Below, piece after piece: positions 9,108 to 19,638 of a DNA stretch of 61,090 nt. The stretch covers positions 1 through 61,090 of the forward strand of contig JAACPI010000004.1 in NCBI GenBank assembly GCA_009995545.1, read 5' to 3'. Source of the DNA: a bacterium (GTDB taxonomy: Bacteria; Patescibacteriota; WWE3; 2-01-FULL-39-13; JAACPI01). How positions within the stretch are numbered: position 1 is the first letter of the stretch; each line of letters starts with the position of its first letter. Below the pieces are notes generated by a model. The model had not been told where the DNA came from. It saw nothing but the letters and a program-made list of their open reading frames with translations, and ran no database searches. A program made the translations under genes and the position numbers.

Positions 9108-10613
9108 ATGAGCGATAATAATCAAACACAACTACCAATAGATCAGCTTAGACAAATTAGAATAGAAAAAATAAATAAGCTTACTGAAAGAGGTATTAAC
9201 AGTTTTCCTTCAACTGCCAAAAGATCTCATACAAACAAGGTTATAACCGAGGACTTTACAAAGCTTGAAAACAAAGAGGTAAATATTGTTGGAAGAATTA
9301 TGAGTTTACGCGAGCACGGCGTTATTGCTTTTGCAGATTTAGAAGATAGTTCTGGAGTTATTCAGCTTTATATCAAGCAAGATAGTCTTTCTAAGCCTTT
9401 AAAAACTAGAAAAAACCTAGGTTTTGAAGATTTAAATTTACTTGATATTGGCGATTTTATTGAGGTTACTGGGGTTGTAACCAAAACTCAAAGAGGTCAA
9501 ATTTCGGTAATGCCTAAGTATATAAACTTACTTACAAAATCGATTCGTCCACTACCAAGTAAGCATTTTGGCTTAAAAGACGATGAGGATAGATATCGTC
9601 AAAGATACGTAGACTTGGCTCTAAATAGCGAATTGAGAGAAATGTTTGTAAAAAAGGCTATATTTTGGAATTCTATGCGTGACTTTCTAGTTAAAAAAGG
9701 GTTTTTAGAAGTAGAGACTCCTGTTTTAGAAAATACCGCAGGGGGTGCCGATGCAGAGCCTTTTATTACTCACCATAATGCCCTAGATATTGACGTTTAT
9801 TTAAGAATTTCTATGGGTGAGTTATGGCAAAAAAGACTGATGGTGGGTATGTATGAAAAAACTTTTGAAATTGGCAGACAGTTTAGAAACGAAGGTATGA
9901 GTAGAGAACACCTACAAGATTACACTCAAATGGAATTTTACTGGGCATATGCTAACTATGAAGATTCTATGGAGGTAGTGGAAGAAATGTATAAACACGT
10001 GGCAAAAAAGACCTTTGGTACCTTAAAATTTACTATAGCGGAGCACAAAATTGATTTGTCTAAAAAATGGGAAAAAATCAGGTATAGAGATATTTTAATT
10101 AAGAGAACTGGTATAGATCTTGAAAAAGTAACTGAAAAAGAGCTAATTAAAAAATTAAGTGATCTTAAGGCTGAATTTAATCCAAATGATGATAAGGCTA
10201 GATTAATAGATACCTTATGGAAACAAATAAGAAAAGATATTAGCGGACCTGCATTTTTAGTAGGTCATCCGGTAGAGGTATCCCCCTTGGCTAAAAGAGA
10301 CCCTAAAAACCCTAATTATGTTGAAAGATACCAGATAATTTTAGCTGGTAGTGAAATGGGTAATGGTTATAGTGAGTTAAATGATCCTATCGACCAGGCC
10401 CAAAGGTTTGAAAAGCAACAAGCAATGAGAGATGCCGGTGACGGAGAGGCTCAAATGCACGATGAGGATTTTGTAAGAGCACTGGAGTATGGAATGCCTC
10501 CTGTTACGGGCTTTGGGGTTAGCGAAAGATTATTTTCGTTTTTAGCAGATAAAAGTGTTAGAGAATGTGTTATGTTTCCTTTATTAAGACCAGAAAATGT
10601 ACAAGATGACTAA
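9108..10613 (+). CDS. lysS: Lysyl-tRNA synthetase (class II)
   Basis: OB fold, YRQRYVDL, FRNEG, NGYSELNDP and EYGMPP. Confidence 0.98.
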   Translation: MSDNNQTQLPIDQLRQIRIEKINKLTERGINSFPSTAKRSHTNKVITEDFTKLENKEVNIVGRIMSLREHGVIAFADLEDSSGVIQLYIKQDSLSKPLKTRKNLGFEDLNLLDIGDFIEVTGVVTKTQRGQISVMPKYINLLTKSIRPLPSKHFGLKDDEDRYRQRYVDLALNSELREMFVKKAIFWNSMRDFLVKKGFLEVETPVLENTAGGADAEPFITHHNALDIDVYLRISMGELWQKRLMVGMYEKTFEIGRQFRNEGMSREHLQDYTQMEFYWAYANYEDSMEVVEEMYKHVAKKTFGTLKFTIAEHKIDLSKKWEKIRYRDILIKRTGIDLEKVTEKELIKKLSDLKAEFNPNDDKARLIDTLWKQIRKDISGPAFLVGHPVEVSPLAKRDPKNPNYVERYQIILAGSEMGNGYSELNDPIDQAQRFEKQQAMRDAGDGEAQMHDEDFVRALEYGMPPVTGFGVSERLFSFLADKSVRECVMFPLLRPENVQDD

Positions 10614-11199
10614 AGAAAAAGCCTTAGAGATACTTCATAAAAACATGCAGAATACTAATCTACGTAGACATTGTTATGCAGTAGGTTTTGCACTAGCGGG
10701 TATTTATGATTATTTAAAAGAAAATAATTGGAAAGCAGATAGCCCAGATAACTCGGAAGACTGGGAAATTTTAGGAATTTTACACGACAGCGATTACGAG
10801 TTAACTAAAGATGACTGGACACAGCATACTTTAAAAACTCTTGAGTGGTTTAAAGAAGAGGGAGTTTCTGAAACAGACCCTTTGTATTTAGCTGAAACGA
10901 GTCACAACAATAAAATAACAGGATTAAGAGAACCCCAAACCCAAATGGAATGGGCTTTAGAATGTTGTGACGAACTTACAGGTTTTATAGTAGCCATTGC
11001 CGTAATTAAACCAGAAAAAAAGCTTTCAGCTGTTGATGTAGCTGGAGTTAAAAAAAAGTTTAAACAAAAGGCCTTTGCCGCCGCAGTTGAAAGAGAGCAA
11101 ATCTCTCAGTGTGAAGAAAAATTAAACATACCCTTAGATGCCTTTGTAGAGGTGGTTTTAACTTCTATGCAGAAAAATTCCCAGGATCTAGGTTTATAG
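10606..11199 (+). CDS. HD-domain (HDIG-type) hydrolase
   Basis: RRHC, LHDSD and DELTGFIVA...VKKKFKQKAFA; start overlaps the lysS stop (ATGACTAA). Confidence 0.9.
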   Translation: MTKEKALEILHKNMQNTNLRRHCYAVGFALAGIYDYLKENNWKADSPDNSEDWEILGILHDSDYELTKDDWTQHTLKTLEWFKEEGVSETDPLYLAETSHNNKITGLREPQTQMEWALECCDELTGFIVAIAVIKPEKKLSAVDVAGVKKKFKQKAFAAAVEREQISQCEEKLNIPLDAFVEVVLTSMQKNSQDLGL

Positions 11200-11235
11200 T
11201 GTTATTTTTTGTAGTATTTGTTGTATTATAGTTAA

Positions 11236-11364
11236 TAAGTGATGATGAGGTTTAGCAACCTTTGAACTTAACAGGGGTAGTTCCCTTAAAAAACTTATTC
11301 AAGTGTCTCCACGTGTTGGAGGAAAATGGAGTGGCACCGCGGACTACCCGTCTCCATTATTTTC
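11236..11364 (+). promoter_or_regulatory. T-box riboswitch (Ser), ultrashort Stem I
   Basis: Antiterminator AAUGGAG-UGGCACC-GCGG/CCGU-CUCCAUU (11325-11358); Stem III CUCCA/UGGAG; K-turn hairpin with AGC (Ser) in its loop; directly upstream of serS. Confidence 0.85.
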
Positions 11365-11432
11365 ATTAATTTATAGTTAGTTTAAAATTACAGGTTCTTT
11401 GTAGTTTGTGATTTTAACTTTACACTTAATAT

Positions 11433-12746
11433 ATGTTAGATATAAATTTTATACGCGAAAACAAACAACAGGTTATTGATGCCGTAAAAAATAAAGGCTT
11501 GGATAAAAAAATTGACATTGAGAAGTTGTTGGAACTAGATGTGATAAGAAGAGAGTTGGTTGCTAAAAGAGATGAACTTCGGTCAAAAAGGAATGAGATA
11601 TCTGACAAAATTGGCTCAGCTTCTGCGGAAGATCGAAAACCTCTAATCGAAGAGGCTTCCAAAATTAAAGAGGAAATAAAATTAGTCGAGGATAAGCATG
11701 TTCTTGTGGATGAGGAGTACTTATCTTTACTTCTTTTAGTTCCTAATGTTACTTCCGATAGAATGCACGTCGGTTTAAATGAGGATTTTAATAAGGTCAT
11801 AAGAGCTTGGGGAGAGCCCAAGAAATTTACTTTTACTATTAAAGATCATGTAGATATAGGGAAAGACCTGGATTTAATCGACATAGAGACTGCCGGTAGG
11901 GTTAGTGGTGCTAGATTTTACTATTTAAAAAATGAGGCTGTTCTATTGCAATTTGCTCTAATACAGCTAGTTTTCACCACTCTTCAAGATACCAAAATTA
12001 TTAAAAAGTTGGCCGACAAAGTGGGTAATCCTTTCGATAAAGCTTTTTCCCCTATTTTACCTCCAGTTATGATGCGCCCCGATGTAATGAAAAAGATGGA
12101 TAGGCTAGATCCTATCGATGAGAGATTTCAGATGAAACTTGATGATTTAATTTTGGTAGGTAGTGCAGAGCATACTTTAGGCCCCTATCATATGGACCAA
12201 GTCTTAGAAGAAAAAGATTTGCCGATTAGGTACATAGGTTACTCTACCGCGTTTAGAAGAGAAGCGGGTTCCTATGGAAAAGACACTAGAGGAATAATTA
12301 GAGTTCACCAGTTTGATAAATTGGAGATGGAAACTTTGGTGCCCGAAGAATATGGGCAGCAAGAGCAGGACTTAATAGTATCCATTCAAGAGTATTTAAT
12401 GCAGCAATTAGAGCTACCTTACCAGGTTATACAAATTTGTACCGGAGATGCTGGAAAGCCTGACTTCAACCAAGTTGATATAAATTGCTGGATACCGAGC
12501 CAAAATAAGTATAGGGAGACCCATACTTCGGATTATATGACTGACTTTCAATCAAGAAGACTCGGGACTAGATATAAAACTAAAGATGGTAACAAGTTTG
12601 TTTATATGAACGATGCTACAGCCTTTGCAATTGGAAGAACTTTAGTTGCTATTTTAGAGAATAATCAACAAAAAGACGGATCTGTTGTAATACCTAAAGT
12701 TTTGCAAAAATACGTAGGTAAAGAGGTTATAGAACCTAAAAAATAA
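11433..12746 (+). CDS. serS: Seryl-tRNA synthetase
   Basis: MLDI.FIREN, FRREAGSYGKDTRGIIRVHQFDKLE and R.LVAILEN. Confidence 0.98.
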   Translation: MLDINFIRENKQQVIDAVKNKGLDKKIDIEKLLELDVIRRELVAKRDELRSKRNEISDKIGSASAEDRKPLIEEASKIKEEIKLVEDKHVLVDEEYLSLLLLVPNVTSDRMHVGLNEDFNKVIRAWGEPKKFTFTIKDHVDIGKDLDLIDIETAGRVSGARFYYLKNEAVLLQFALIQLVFTTLQDTKIIKKLADKVGNPFDKAFSPILPPVMMRPDVMKKMDRLDPIDERFQMKLDDLILVGSAEHTLGPYHMDQVLEEKDLPIRYIGYSTAFRREAGSYGKDTRGIIRVHQFDKLEMETLVPEEYGQQEQDLIVSIQEYLMQQLELPYQVIQICTGDAGKPDFNQVDINCWIPSQNKYRETHTSDYMTDFQSRRLGTRYKTKDGNKFVYMNDATAFAIGRTLVAILENNQQKDGSVVIPKVLQKYVGKEVIEPKK

Positions 12747-13429
12747 TGCTGAAGCTGTTGAGTAATTTATTGGCTCAAAATGACGAAAATATCTTGTTTG
12801 AGGGTAATTCCCCTTTATCTGGACACCTAGTAGTTAAAGACACCTACCTCGGCAGAGAGCTACTTATTGAGGGTACTACGCATACAATTAAATCCGTGTT
12901 TAAAAGAGCTAATTATTGGGAATACTGTGTAGAGTACTCGAGTGTAAAAGACGGGGACAAAGTTTTAGTTTTGGGGCTTGGGGGCGGTGAAATTATTAGA
13001 AACCTTTTTAACAAATATAAGGTTACTATAGAGGTGGTAGAGTTAGATCCTGCAGTAATAGCTGTCTACAAAAAGTATTTTATGCATTTTATAAAAAAAC
13101 ACGTTTCTAATTTAAAAATAATTGAAGGGGATGCCCTTGAATATGTTTTAAATAGTAATCACAAAAAATACGACGTAATAATTGGGGATGTTTATAGTAA
13201 CGATAGTTACGATAACAGACTTTTAGAAGATTCTTTTTTACGAACTGTAAAAAGTAGGCTCACTAAAAATGGGCAATTTATAAGTAATAGGATTTTTGTG
13301 TTTATGTCTAAATCTGAAATAGAGAACTATACGGGTCTTTTAAAGCTTTACTTCAACACTGTTTACAGTAAGTATGTTGCCGATGGAATATTTCATTCCA
13401 ATAACTATGTGTTTTTTGCTAATAAGTAG
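12746..13429 (+). CDS. Spermidine-synthase-like SAM-binding protein
   Basis: VLVLGLGGG, VELDP, GDA..Y and YDVIIGD. Confidence 0.8.
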   Translation: MLKLLSNLLAQNDENILFEGNSPLSGHLVVKDTYLGRELLIEGTTHTIKSVFKRANYWEYCVEYSSVKDGDKVLVLGLGGGEIIRNLFNKYKVTIEVVELDPAVIAVYKKYFMHFIKKHVSNLKIIEGDALEYVLNSNHKKYDVIIGDVYSNDSYDNRLLEDSFLRTVKSRLTKNGQFISNRIFVFMSKSEIENYTGLLKLYFNTVYSKYVADGIFHSNNYVFFANK

Positions 13430-13442
13430 TTAAAATAAAACT

Positions 13443-13913
13443 ATGATTAAACCTAAGAAAGGCAGTTTTGATTACACCTATATTTATTTTATTTCTCAAA
13501 ATCTAATTTTCTTCTTATTTGGGATTTTTCTACTACTTTCCAGGAACCATTTACAGGTTATTAATTTTGCCTTTGTAAGCCTCTTATTAAGTGTTGTGAC
13601 ATCTGAAGGTATAAAATATATTCATTTTAAATCAAGGCCAAAAAATTATTTATTTGGTGTTACGCATGACTCCAGTTTTCCAAGCACCCACGCTACCGCT
13701 TCGTTTGCATTGGCATTTACCTACGCATTTACCTCAGGTGATCTCTCCGGATCCTTATTACTTCTTACAATGGCTGGTTTTGTTTCATGGGGTAGGGTTC
13801 TGTCGGGGGCTCATTTTAAGGTAGATGTGTTTGCAGGTTTAGCAATAGCCCTTATTGCCAGTTTGTTAGTAAGCATTTATCAAATCGGAATTGTTTTAGG
13901 TTTATATGCTTAG
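13443..13913 (+). CDS. PAP2-family phosphatase
   Basis: K......RP, SFPSTH and GRV..GAH...DV.AG. Confidence 0.9.
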   Translation: MIKPKKGSFDYTYIYFISQNLIFFLFGIFLLLSRNHLQVINFAFVSLLLSVVTSEGIKYIHFKSRPKNYLFGVTHDSSFPSTHATASFALAFTYAFTSGDLSGSLLLLTMAGFVSWGRVLSGAHFKVDVFAGLAIALIASLLVSIYQIGIVLGLYA

Positions 13914-14724
13914 CTATATTTTGTTAGGTTTAATCCAGGGAATTACAGAATTTCTGCCAGTTAGCTCTAGCGGTCACCTAATACTTTTTAAAGACACTTT
14001 AGGCTTGGGGCAAGACATCATTCTAGACGTAACTTTACACATAGCCACTTTAACTGCTGTAGTAATTTACTACCGTAAAAAACTATATAGCCTAACTCTA
14101 TCTATATTTTACTTAATACTATTAAAGTTAAAGGTCGTCCCGTTAAAATCCGCAAATTCTCTAAATAAATATAAAAAAGACGCTAGATTTGTATCTTTTT
14201 TAATATTAGCTACTATTCCGGCTGCATTGTTGGGGTATTTTTATAATGATTTTTTTGAGTCCCTTAGATCCCCTTTAATAGTAGCTACTATGTTGATAGT
14301 TGTAGCACTATTAATGCTTTACGATCACTTAAGAACATCTGCAAAGGCTACACATTTTAGCTATAAAAATGCCATTCTTGTAGGGCTGGCTCAAGCAGTT
14401 GCCATAATTCCAGGTACTAGCAGAAGCGGTATTACTATAACCCTTGCCTCCTTGTTGGGTATTAAAAAAGAGGAGGCAGCCGACTTTACTTTTATGTTAT
14501 CTATCCCTGTAATTTTAGGTGCTTTTTTGTTTAAAATTTCAGATATAAGTAGTTTTTCAGTTTTTTTTAACACCCGGGTTATCGTGTCTTTTTTAACGGC
14601 CCTACTTAGTGGATATTTTAGTATAGGTTTACTGATAAATATTTTAAAAAAATATGGTTTTATGCCCTTTATTATTTATCGAATAGTACTTGCTGGTGTA
14701 GTTTTAGTTTTTTTATTTCTATAA
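13906..14724 (+). CDS. uppP: Undecaprenyl-diphosphate phosphatase
   Basis: QGITEFLPVSSSGH and PGTSRSG. Confidence 0.97.
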   Translation: MLSYILLGLIQGITEFLPVSSSGHLILFKDTLGLGQDIILDVTLHIATLTAVVIYYRKKLYSLTLSIFYLILLKLKVVPLKSANSLNKYKKDARFVSFLILATIPAALLGYFYNDFFESLRSPLIVATMLIVVALLMLYDHLRTSAKATHFSYKNAILVGLAQAVAIIPGTSRSGITITLASLLGIKKEEAADFTFMLSIPVILGAFLFKISDISSFSVFFNTRVIVSFLTALLSGYFSIGLLINILKKYGFMPFIIYRIVLAGVVLVFLFL

Positions 14725-14818
14725 TACTTGTTTTACACTAGGGTATAGATAAAGTATCTGCTAATATTGAGAATGCTATGTAAAATAGCTTGCTAATTAT
14801 TTTTGTTAACTTTATATT

Positions 14819-17398
14819 ATGAACTTCTTATCCAAATATTTCGACTCTAACGAAAAAAGGCTAAAACCTTTACGTCCAACTTTAGCTCAGGTATCTAGTT
14901 TTGAAGAACAGGTTAAAAAATATTCTGATAAAAAAATGAAGGATAGAACTTTAGAGTTTAAAGAGGAGCTTAAAAAACTACCTTATAGTGAGCATGCCGC
15001 CTACCTAGATAAAATATTACCTGAGGCTTTCGCGATTGTTAGAGAATCTGCTTTTAGAGTAGTTGGGGTTAGACACTATGACGTTCAAATAATAGCCGGT
15101 ATAGCCCTTCATCAAGGAAAGATTAGTGAGCAAAAGACGGGTGAGGGTAAAACTTTAACTGCCACGGCACCCTTGTATCTTAATAGTTTAACTGGGAGGG
15201 GATGCCACTTAGTTACCCCCAATGATTATCTGTCTCGTCATGGGGCAGGTTGGTATGGTCCTTTATACACTTTTTTAGGTATTAGTGTGGGTGTTTTAGC
15301 ACAAAACCAGAGTTTTGTTTTTGATTCCGTATATACAAATGAAAATTTTGAAGATTCCTATTCTAAAAACTTTAGACCAGCTAGCAGAAAAGAGGTTTAT
15401 TCTTGCGATATTACTTACGGAACTAATAACGAGTTTGGATTCGACTATCTTAGAGACAATATGCAAAATGAATACGAAGATATGGTACAGACCAATGCTC
15501 GTGCAAACATAGGATCTCACTATTTTGCTATCGTTGATGAAATAGACTCTATTTTAATAGATGAGGCTAGAACTCCTTTAATAATATCTTCACCCTCTGG
15601 AGAGGATGCTAGTGACTATAAATTATATTCTCGAATTGCGGATAATCTGGTTAAAGAAACAGACTACAAAGTCGACGAAAAAGAAAAAAGTGCCACACTA
15701 TCTGAAATAGGTATGATAAAGGTTGAAAAATCTTTAGGTGTTGCTAACTTGTACGAAGAGAACTTCGAGGCTGTAAAACAGGTAGAAAACGCTTTAAAAG
15801 CTAAGGCAATGTTTACTAGAGACAAAGACTATGTTGTTCAGAATGGATCTGTAAAAATTGTTGATGAGTTTACAGGTAGAATTTTAGAGAGTAATAGATA
15901 TAGCGGAGGAGTTCACCAGGCTATTGAGGCTAAAGAGGGAGTTGAAATTCAACAAGAAAGCAAAACGGTAGCCACAACTAGTTATCAAAACTACTTTCGT
16001 TTATACAGTAAGCTTTCGGGAATGACAGGTACAGCTAAAACCGAAGAGGAGGAATTTTATAAAATATACGGTTTGGAGGTAGTAGTTATACCTACAAATA
16101 GGCCTACGGTTCGAAAAGACAATACCGATGTTGTTTACAAAACTGAATCGGCTAAATTTAGAGCAGTTGCAGATGATATTAAAGCCAGACACAGTAAGGG
16201 TCAGCCCGTCTTAATTGGTACTACCAGTGTAGAAAGGTCCGAGCTTTTAAGCGGATTTTTAAAGCGTTTAAAAATCCCACACAGTATTTTAAATGCAAAA
16301 CAACATGAAAAAGAGGCTTTAGTAATTGCTCAGGCCGGTAGAATGGGTGGAGTTACTGTTGCAACCAATATGGCAGGTAGGGGAGTCGATATTATTTTAG
16401 GTGGTGATCCGGTTGATAAAAAAGAACAAGAAAAAGTAAAAGATGTAGGTGGTCTCTATGTAATAGGTACAGAAAGGCACGAAAGCAGGAGAATTGATAA
16501 CCAGCTAAGAGGTAGAAGTGGTAGGCAAGGAGACCCTGGGGAGAGTACTTTTTACATTAGTTTACAAGATGACTTAATGCGTATATTTGGAGGAGCTCAA
16601 GTAGAAAGTTTAATGAATAAGTTTGGCGTTGAAGAAAGTACCCCACTATCTGCAGGTATGGTGAGTAGGGCTATTGAAAATGCGCAAAAAAAGGTTGAGG
16701 GGATGAATTTTGATCATCGAAAAAACTTAGTTGAGTACGACGACGTTATGAATATTCAGCGAGAAATAGTCTACAAGCTTAGAAGAAGAATTATGCAGGC
16801 TCCAAAGTTTGATAAAGTACACGAACTTATCGAAGATGAGCAAGTTAAAATGACTAGGGATGAATTTAATGATTGGTACCTAGGAAAACTAGGTAAAAAG
16901 TCTAAAGATAAATATTTAAAATTTGCAAAGGATTATAAAGACGCTTGGTATCAAATACTTAAAGTAGACACTTTAAACGTTATAAATAGTCTTTGGATGG
17001 ATCACATAGATATAATGGATGATCTACGTAAGGGAGTAGGTCTCCGGGGACACGGTCAAATGGACCCGCTAGTTGAGTACAAAAGAGAGGGCAGGGTATT
17101 ATTTGAAAAACTTGTTTCTAGTGTTTGGGGTACTATGGATAAAAGGATCGAAAGATTAGATATAAGAGAAGCTAATGCTCCGAAAGAACAAAATATTCCA
17201 GAACAACTAAAATATAATGACCCGTCTGTTCAAGAATATGGTGTTGCTACTGAGGCCGAAGAGCTTGCCGCTGCAAGGTCAGGGGGTTCTGCACAACCAG
17301 TTGAGCCTTATGTAAACACTAAAAAAGTTGGACGAAACGACTCTTGTCCTTGTGGTAGTGGTAAAAAGTATAAGCATTGTCATGGAAAATCCGCCTAA
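14819..17398 (+). CDS. secA: Preprotein translocase subunit SecA
   Basis: [30 protein letters not shown] and C-terminal SEC-C motif [14 protein letters not shown]. Confidence 0.98.
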   Translation: MNFLSKYFDSNEKRLKPLRPTLAQVSSFEEQVKKYSDKKMKDRTLEFKEELKKLPYSEHAAYLDKILPEAFAIVRESAFRVVGVRHYDVQIIAGIALHQGKISEQKTGEGKTLTATAPLYLNSLTGRGCHLVTPNDYLSRHGAGWYGPLYTFLGISVGVLAQNQSFVFDSVYTNENFEDSYSKNFRPASRKEVYSCDITYGTNNEFGFDYLRDNMQNEYEDMVQTNARANIGSHYFAIVDEIDSILIDEARTPLIISSPSGEDASDYKLYSRIADNLVKETDYKVDEKEKSATLSEIGMIKVEKSLGVANLYEENFEAVKQVENALKAKAMFTRDKDYVVQNGSVKIVDEFTGRILESNRYSGGVHQAIEAKEGVEIQQESKTVATTSYQNYFRLYSKLSGMTGTAKTEEEEFYKIYGLEVVVIPTNRPTVRKDNTDVVYKTESAKFRAVADDIKARHSKGQPVLIGTTSVERSELLSGFLKRLKIPHSILNAKQHEKEALVIAQAGRMGGVTVATNMAGRGVDIILGGDPVDKKEQEKVKDVGGLYVIGTERHESRRIDNQLRGRSGRQGDPGESTFYISLQDDLMRIFGGAQVESLMNKFGVEESTPLSAGMVSRAIENAQKKVEGMNFDHRKNLVEYDDVMNIQREIVYKLRRRIMQAPKFDKVHELIEDEQVKMTRDEFNDWYLGKLGKKSKDKYLKFAKDYKDAWYQILKVDTLNVINSLWMDHIDIMDDLRKGVGLRGHGQMDPLVEYKREGRVLFEKLVSSVWGTMDKRIERLDIREANAPKEQNIPEQLKYNDPSVQEYGVATEAEELAAARSGGSAQPVEPYVNTKKVGRNDSCPCGSGKKYKHCHGKSA

Positions 17399-17696
17399 AT
17401 CGGGTATTTTTCAAAAGGTACTAAATGAAGTTGCTACTATACCTTTCGGTAAAGTTACTACCTACGGTGATATAGCTCAAAGATTAAGTATAAAAGATGT
17501 TCGCATTATTGGTTGGGCACTGCATACAAATAAAGATTCTAAAAAATACCCTTGTCATAGAGTAGTAAAAAAAGACGGTAGTCTTCCTAGCGGTTATGTT
17601 TTTGGCGGTCCCGATGTACAAAAGGGTATACTAGAGTCCGAGGGGGTTAATTTTATAAATAATAAAATCCCCACTAAATTTTTTTATTCTACTTAA
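17382..17696 (+). CDS. ogt: Methylated-DNA--protein-cysteine methyltransferase family (C-terminal domain only)
   Basis: [10 protein letters not shown] and PCHRVV with the active Cys kept; ATG at 17382 overlaps the secA end. Confidence 0.85.
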   Translation: MENPPKSGIFQKVLNEVATIPFGKVTTYGDIAQRLSIKDVRIIGWALHTNKDSKKYPCHRVVKKDGSLPSGYVFGGPDVQKGILESEGVNFINNKIPTKFFYST

Positions 17697-17711
17697 CATT
17701 TATTATTTATA

Positions 17712-18476
17712 GTGAAAACTGAATTACGTTACTTATTGAAAGATAAATACAACTGGGACGAAGTTTCTATCCAAAAGTATTTTGAAGACCCTAATCAGAA
17801 TGTAGACCCCTCTATTTTAAGAGATACTAAAAGGTTACGAAATGGCGAGCCTTTAGCCTATATTATTGGTTGGGTAGAGTTTTTAGGAAGCAAAATTGAA
17901 GTAAATAAAAATGTTTTAATACCTAGAGTAGAGACAGAGTTTTGGGTTCAAAAAGTAATTAATAATTGTAAATCAAAAAATCAAAAAATAAGCGTTTTAG
18001 ATTTATGTTGTGGTAGCGGTTGTATTGGGATTTCTATTTTAAATCGTTTACCAAAATCTTTTGTAACTTTTGCGGACATTAGTCCTAAAGCTTTAGAGCA
18101 GACAAAAGAGAATTTAATATCCTGCAATATATCAAATTCTAGATATAAAATAATAGAATCGAATTTATTTGAATCCTTAAAGGATATCTACGATCTTATT
18201 CTTACTAACCCTCCTTATGTAAGTACAAAAAATACCAACCCAGATCTTAAATTTGAGCCCTCTAAAGCTCTTTATGCAGGTTTGCAGGGTTTAGACCTAA
18301 TTAAAAAAATACTATCTGCATTTCCAAAATTTTTAAAACTTGGTGGTGAAATTTATATAGAAATATCTGAAGATCAAAAAGACGAATTGCAAAAACTACT
18401 TACAGGTAAATATAATAATTTTGAATTTATAAAAGATCAAAATGGTTTATGTCGTGTATTGCATTTAGTCGTGTAA
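17712..18476 (+). CDS. prmC: Release factor glutamine methyltransferase
   Basis: GEPLAYIIG, LIPRVETE, LDLCCGSG and NPPY. Confidence 0.95.
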   Translation: MKTELRYLLKDKYNWDEVSIQKYFEDPNQNVDPSILRDTKRLRNGEPLAYIIGWVEFLGSKIEVNKNVLIPRVETEFWVQKVINNCKSKNQKISVLDLCCGSGCIGISILNRLPKSFVTFADISPKALEQTKENLISCNISNSRYKIIESNLFESLKDIYDLILTNPPYVSTKNTNPDLKFEPSKALYAGLQGLDLIKKILSAFPKFLKLGGEIYIEISEDQKDELQKLLTGKYNNFEFIKDQNGLCRVLHLVV

Positions 18477-18535
18477 ACTTTTGTGGTATATTTCGGGTAC
18501 TATTCGGTAAATGTTAGTCGTGGTAACATAAGCTT

Positions 18536-19015
18536 ATGATAATTTTGGGTTTGGATCCTGGAACTACCACCACTGGTTTTGGTGTAATAGAGGCTTCTAG
18601 TAAACATATTTATAAAACACTAGATTATGGAGAAATCCATACAAAGCCTAAAATCCCTCAGCAAGAAAAGCTGGTTGAAATTTATAACGACTTAACAAAA
18701 CTTATTAAAAAATATAACCCAGATATTATTTCGATAGAAAAAATATTTTTTAATAAAAACCCTAAAACAGTTATAAGTGTTAGTCAGGCAAGGGGAATAT
18801 GTATGTTGTTAGCCGGGCAAAATAATACCCAAATAGTAGAATTTACCCCGCTTCAAGTTAAAAATAATGTAGTAGGTTACGGCCGTGCCGAAAAAAAGCA
18901 GGTACAATACATGGTGCAAAAGGTCTTAAATTTAAAAGAAATTCCAAAACCAGATGACGCTGCGGATGCTCTAGCCTTAGCAATTAGTGCTGCACTAACT
19001 AGTTATCACGATTAA
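18536..19015 (+). CDS. ruvC: Holliday junction resolvase RuvC
   Basis: ILGLDPG, QARG and PDDAADALA. Confidence 0.97.
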   Translation: MIILGLDPGTTTTGFGVIEASSKHIYKTLDYGEIHTKPKIPQQEKLVEIYNDLTKLIKKYNPDIISIEKIFFNKNPKTVISVSQARGICMLLAGQNNTQIVEFTPLQVKNNVVGYGRAEKKQVQYMVQKVLNLKEIPKPDDAADALALAISAALTSYHD

Positions 19016-19050
19016 TGCTCTTTTTTAATAAACTAATTTATACTTAAATA

Positions 19051-19620
19051 ATGATTTATAGCCTTAGGGGTATTTTAAAAGAAAAACTTATAGATTCTAT
19101 AGTCGTAGAGGTTAACGGTATTGGATACGAGGTATTTTTAACTGGAAGAGATATTAATAACCTGTCAATAGATACTGATATATTTTTATACACACAACAG
19201 ATAATTAGTGATGATAAGCATTCATTATATGGATTTATGTCACAAGGGTCTTTGCAACTCTTTAAGTTACTTAGAAGTGTTAACGGTGTTGGTCCTAAAT
19301 CTGCTCTAAATATTTTAAATGCTGGGGATTCAAAAAAACTTATTTCTGCAATTGCTCAGGCTGATAAATCTTTTTTTAAGTCAGTGTCTGGTATTGGCCC
19401 TAAGTCAGCCCTAAAGATTATTGTAGATCTACAAGATAAAGTAGGAAAATTAAAAGATTTAGACTTAGCCCCCAGACCCAGAGAAGAAGTTGAAATTTTA
19501 GATGCATTAGAATCAATGGGTTATGATAGGTTAAGTACCGAAGAAGTAGTATCAAAAATTGACTCTAAGTTAAGTGAAAAAGATAAAATTAAAGAGGCAA
19601 TTAGGTTATTATCTAATTAA
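19051..19620 (+). CDS. ruvA: Holliday junction DNA helicase subunit RuvA
   Basis: VNGIGYEV and tandem HhH motifs GVGPK/GIGPK. Confidence 0.96.
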   Translation: MIYSLRGILKEKLIDSIVVEVNGIGYEVFLTGRDINNLSIDTDIFLYTQQIISDDKHSLYGFMSQGSLQLFKLLRSVNGVGPKSALNILNAGDSKKLISAIAQADKSFFKSVSGIGPKSALKIIVDLQDKVGKLKDLDLAPRPREEVEILDALESMGYDRLSTEEVVSKIDSKLSEKDKIKEAIRLLSN

Positions 19621-19638
19621 TTAAGCGTCAGTAGCTAA

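Noticed and set aside
11239..11265. Archaeal-type box C/D sRNA (AUGAUGA/UUGA)
   Set aside because: Better explained as the K-turn (GA motif) of T-box Stem I, given the downstream antiterminator and serS.
17382..17696. Alkyltransferase-like (ATL) pseudoenzyme
   Set aside because: PCHR retains the acceptor Cys.
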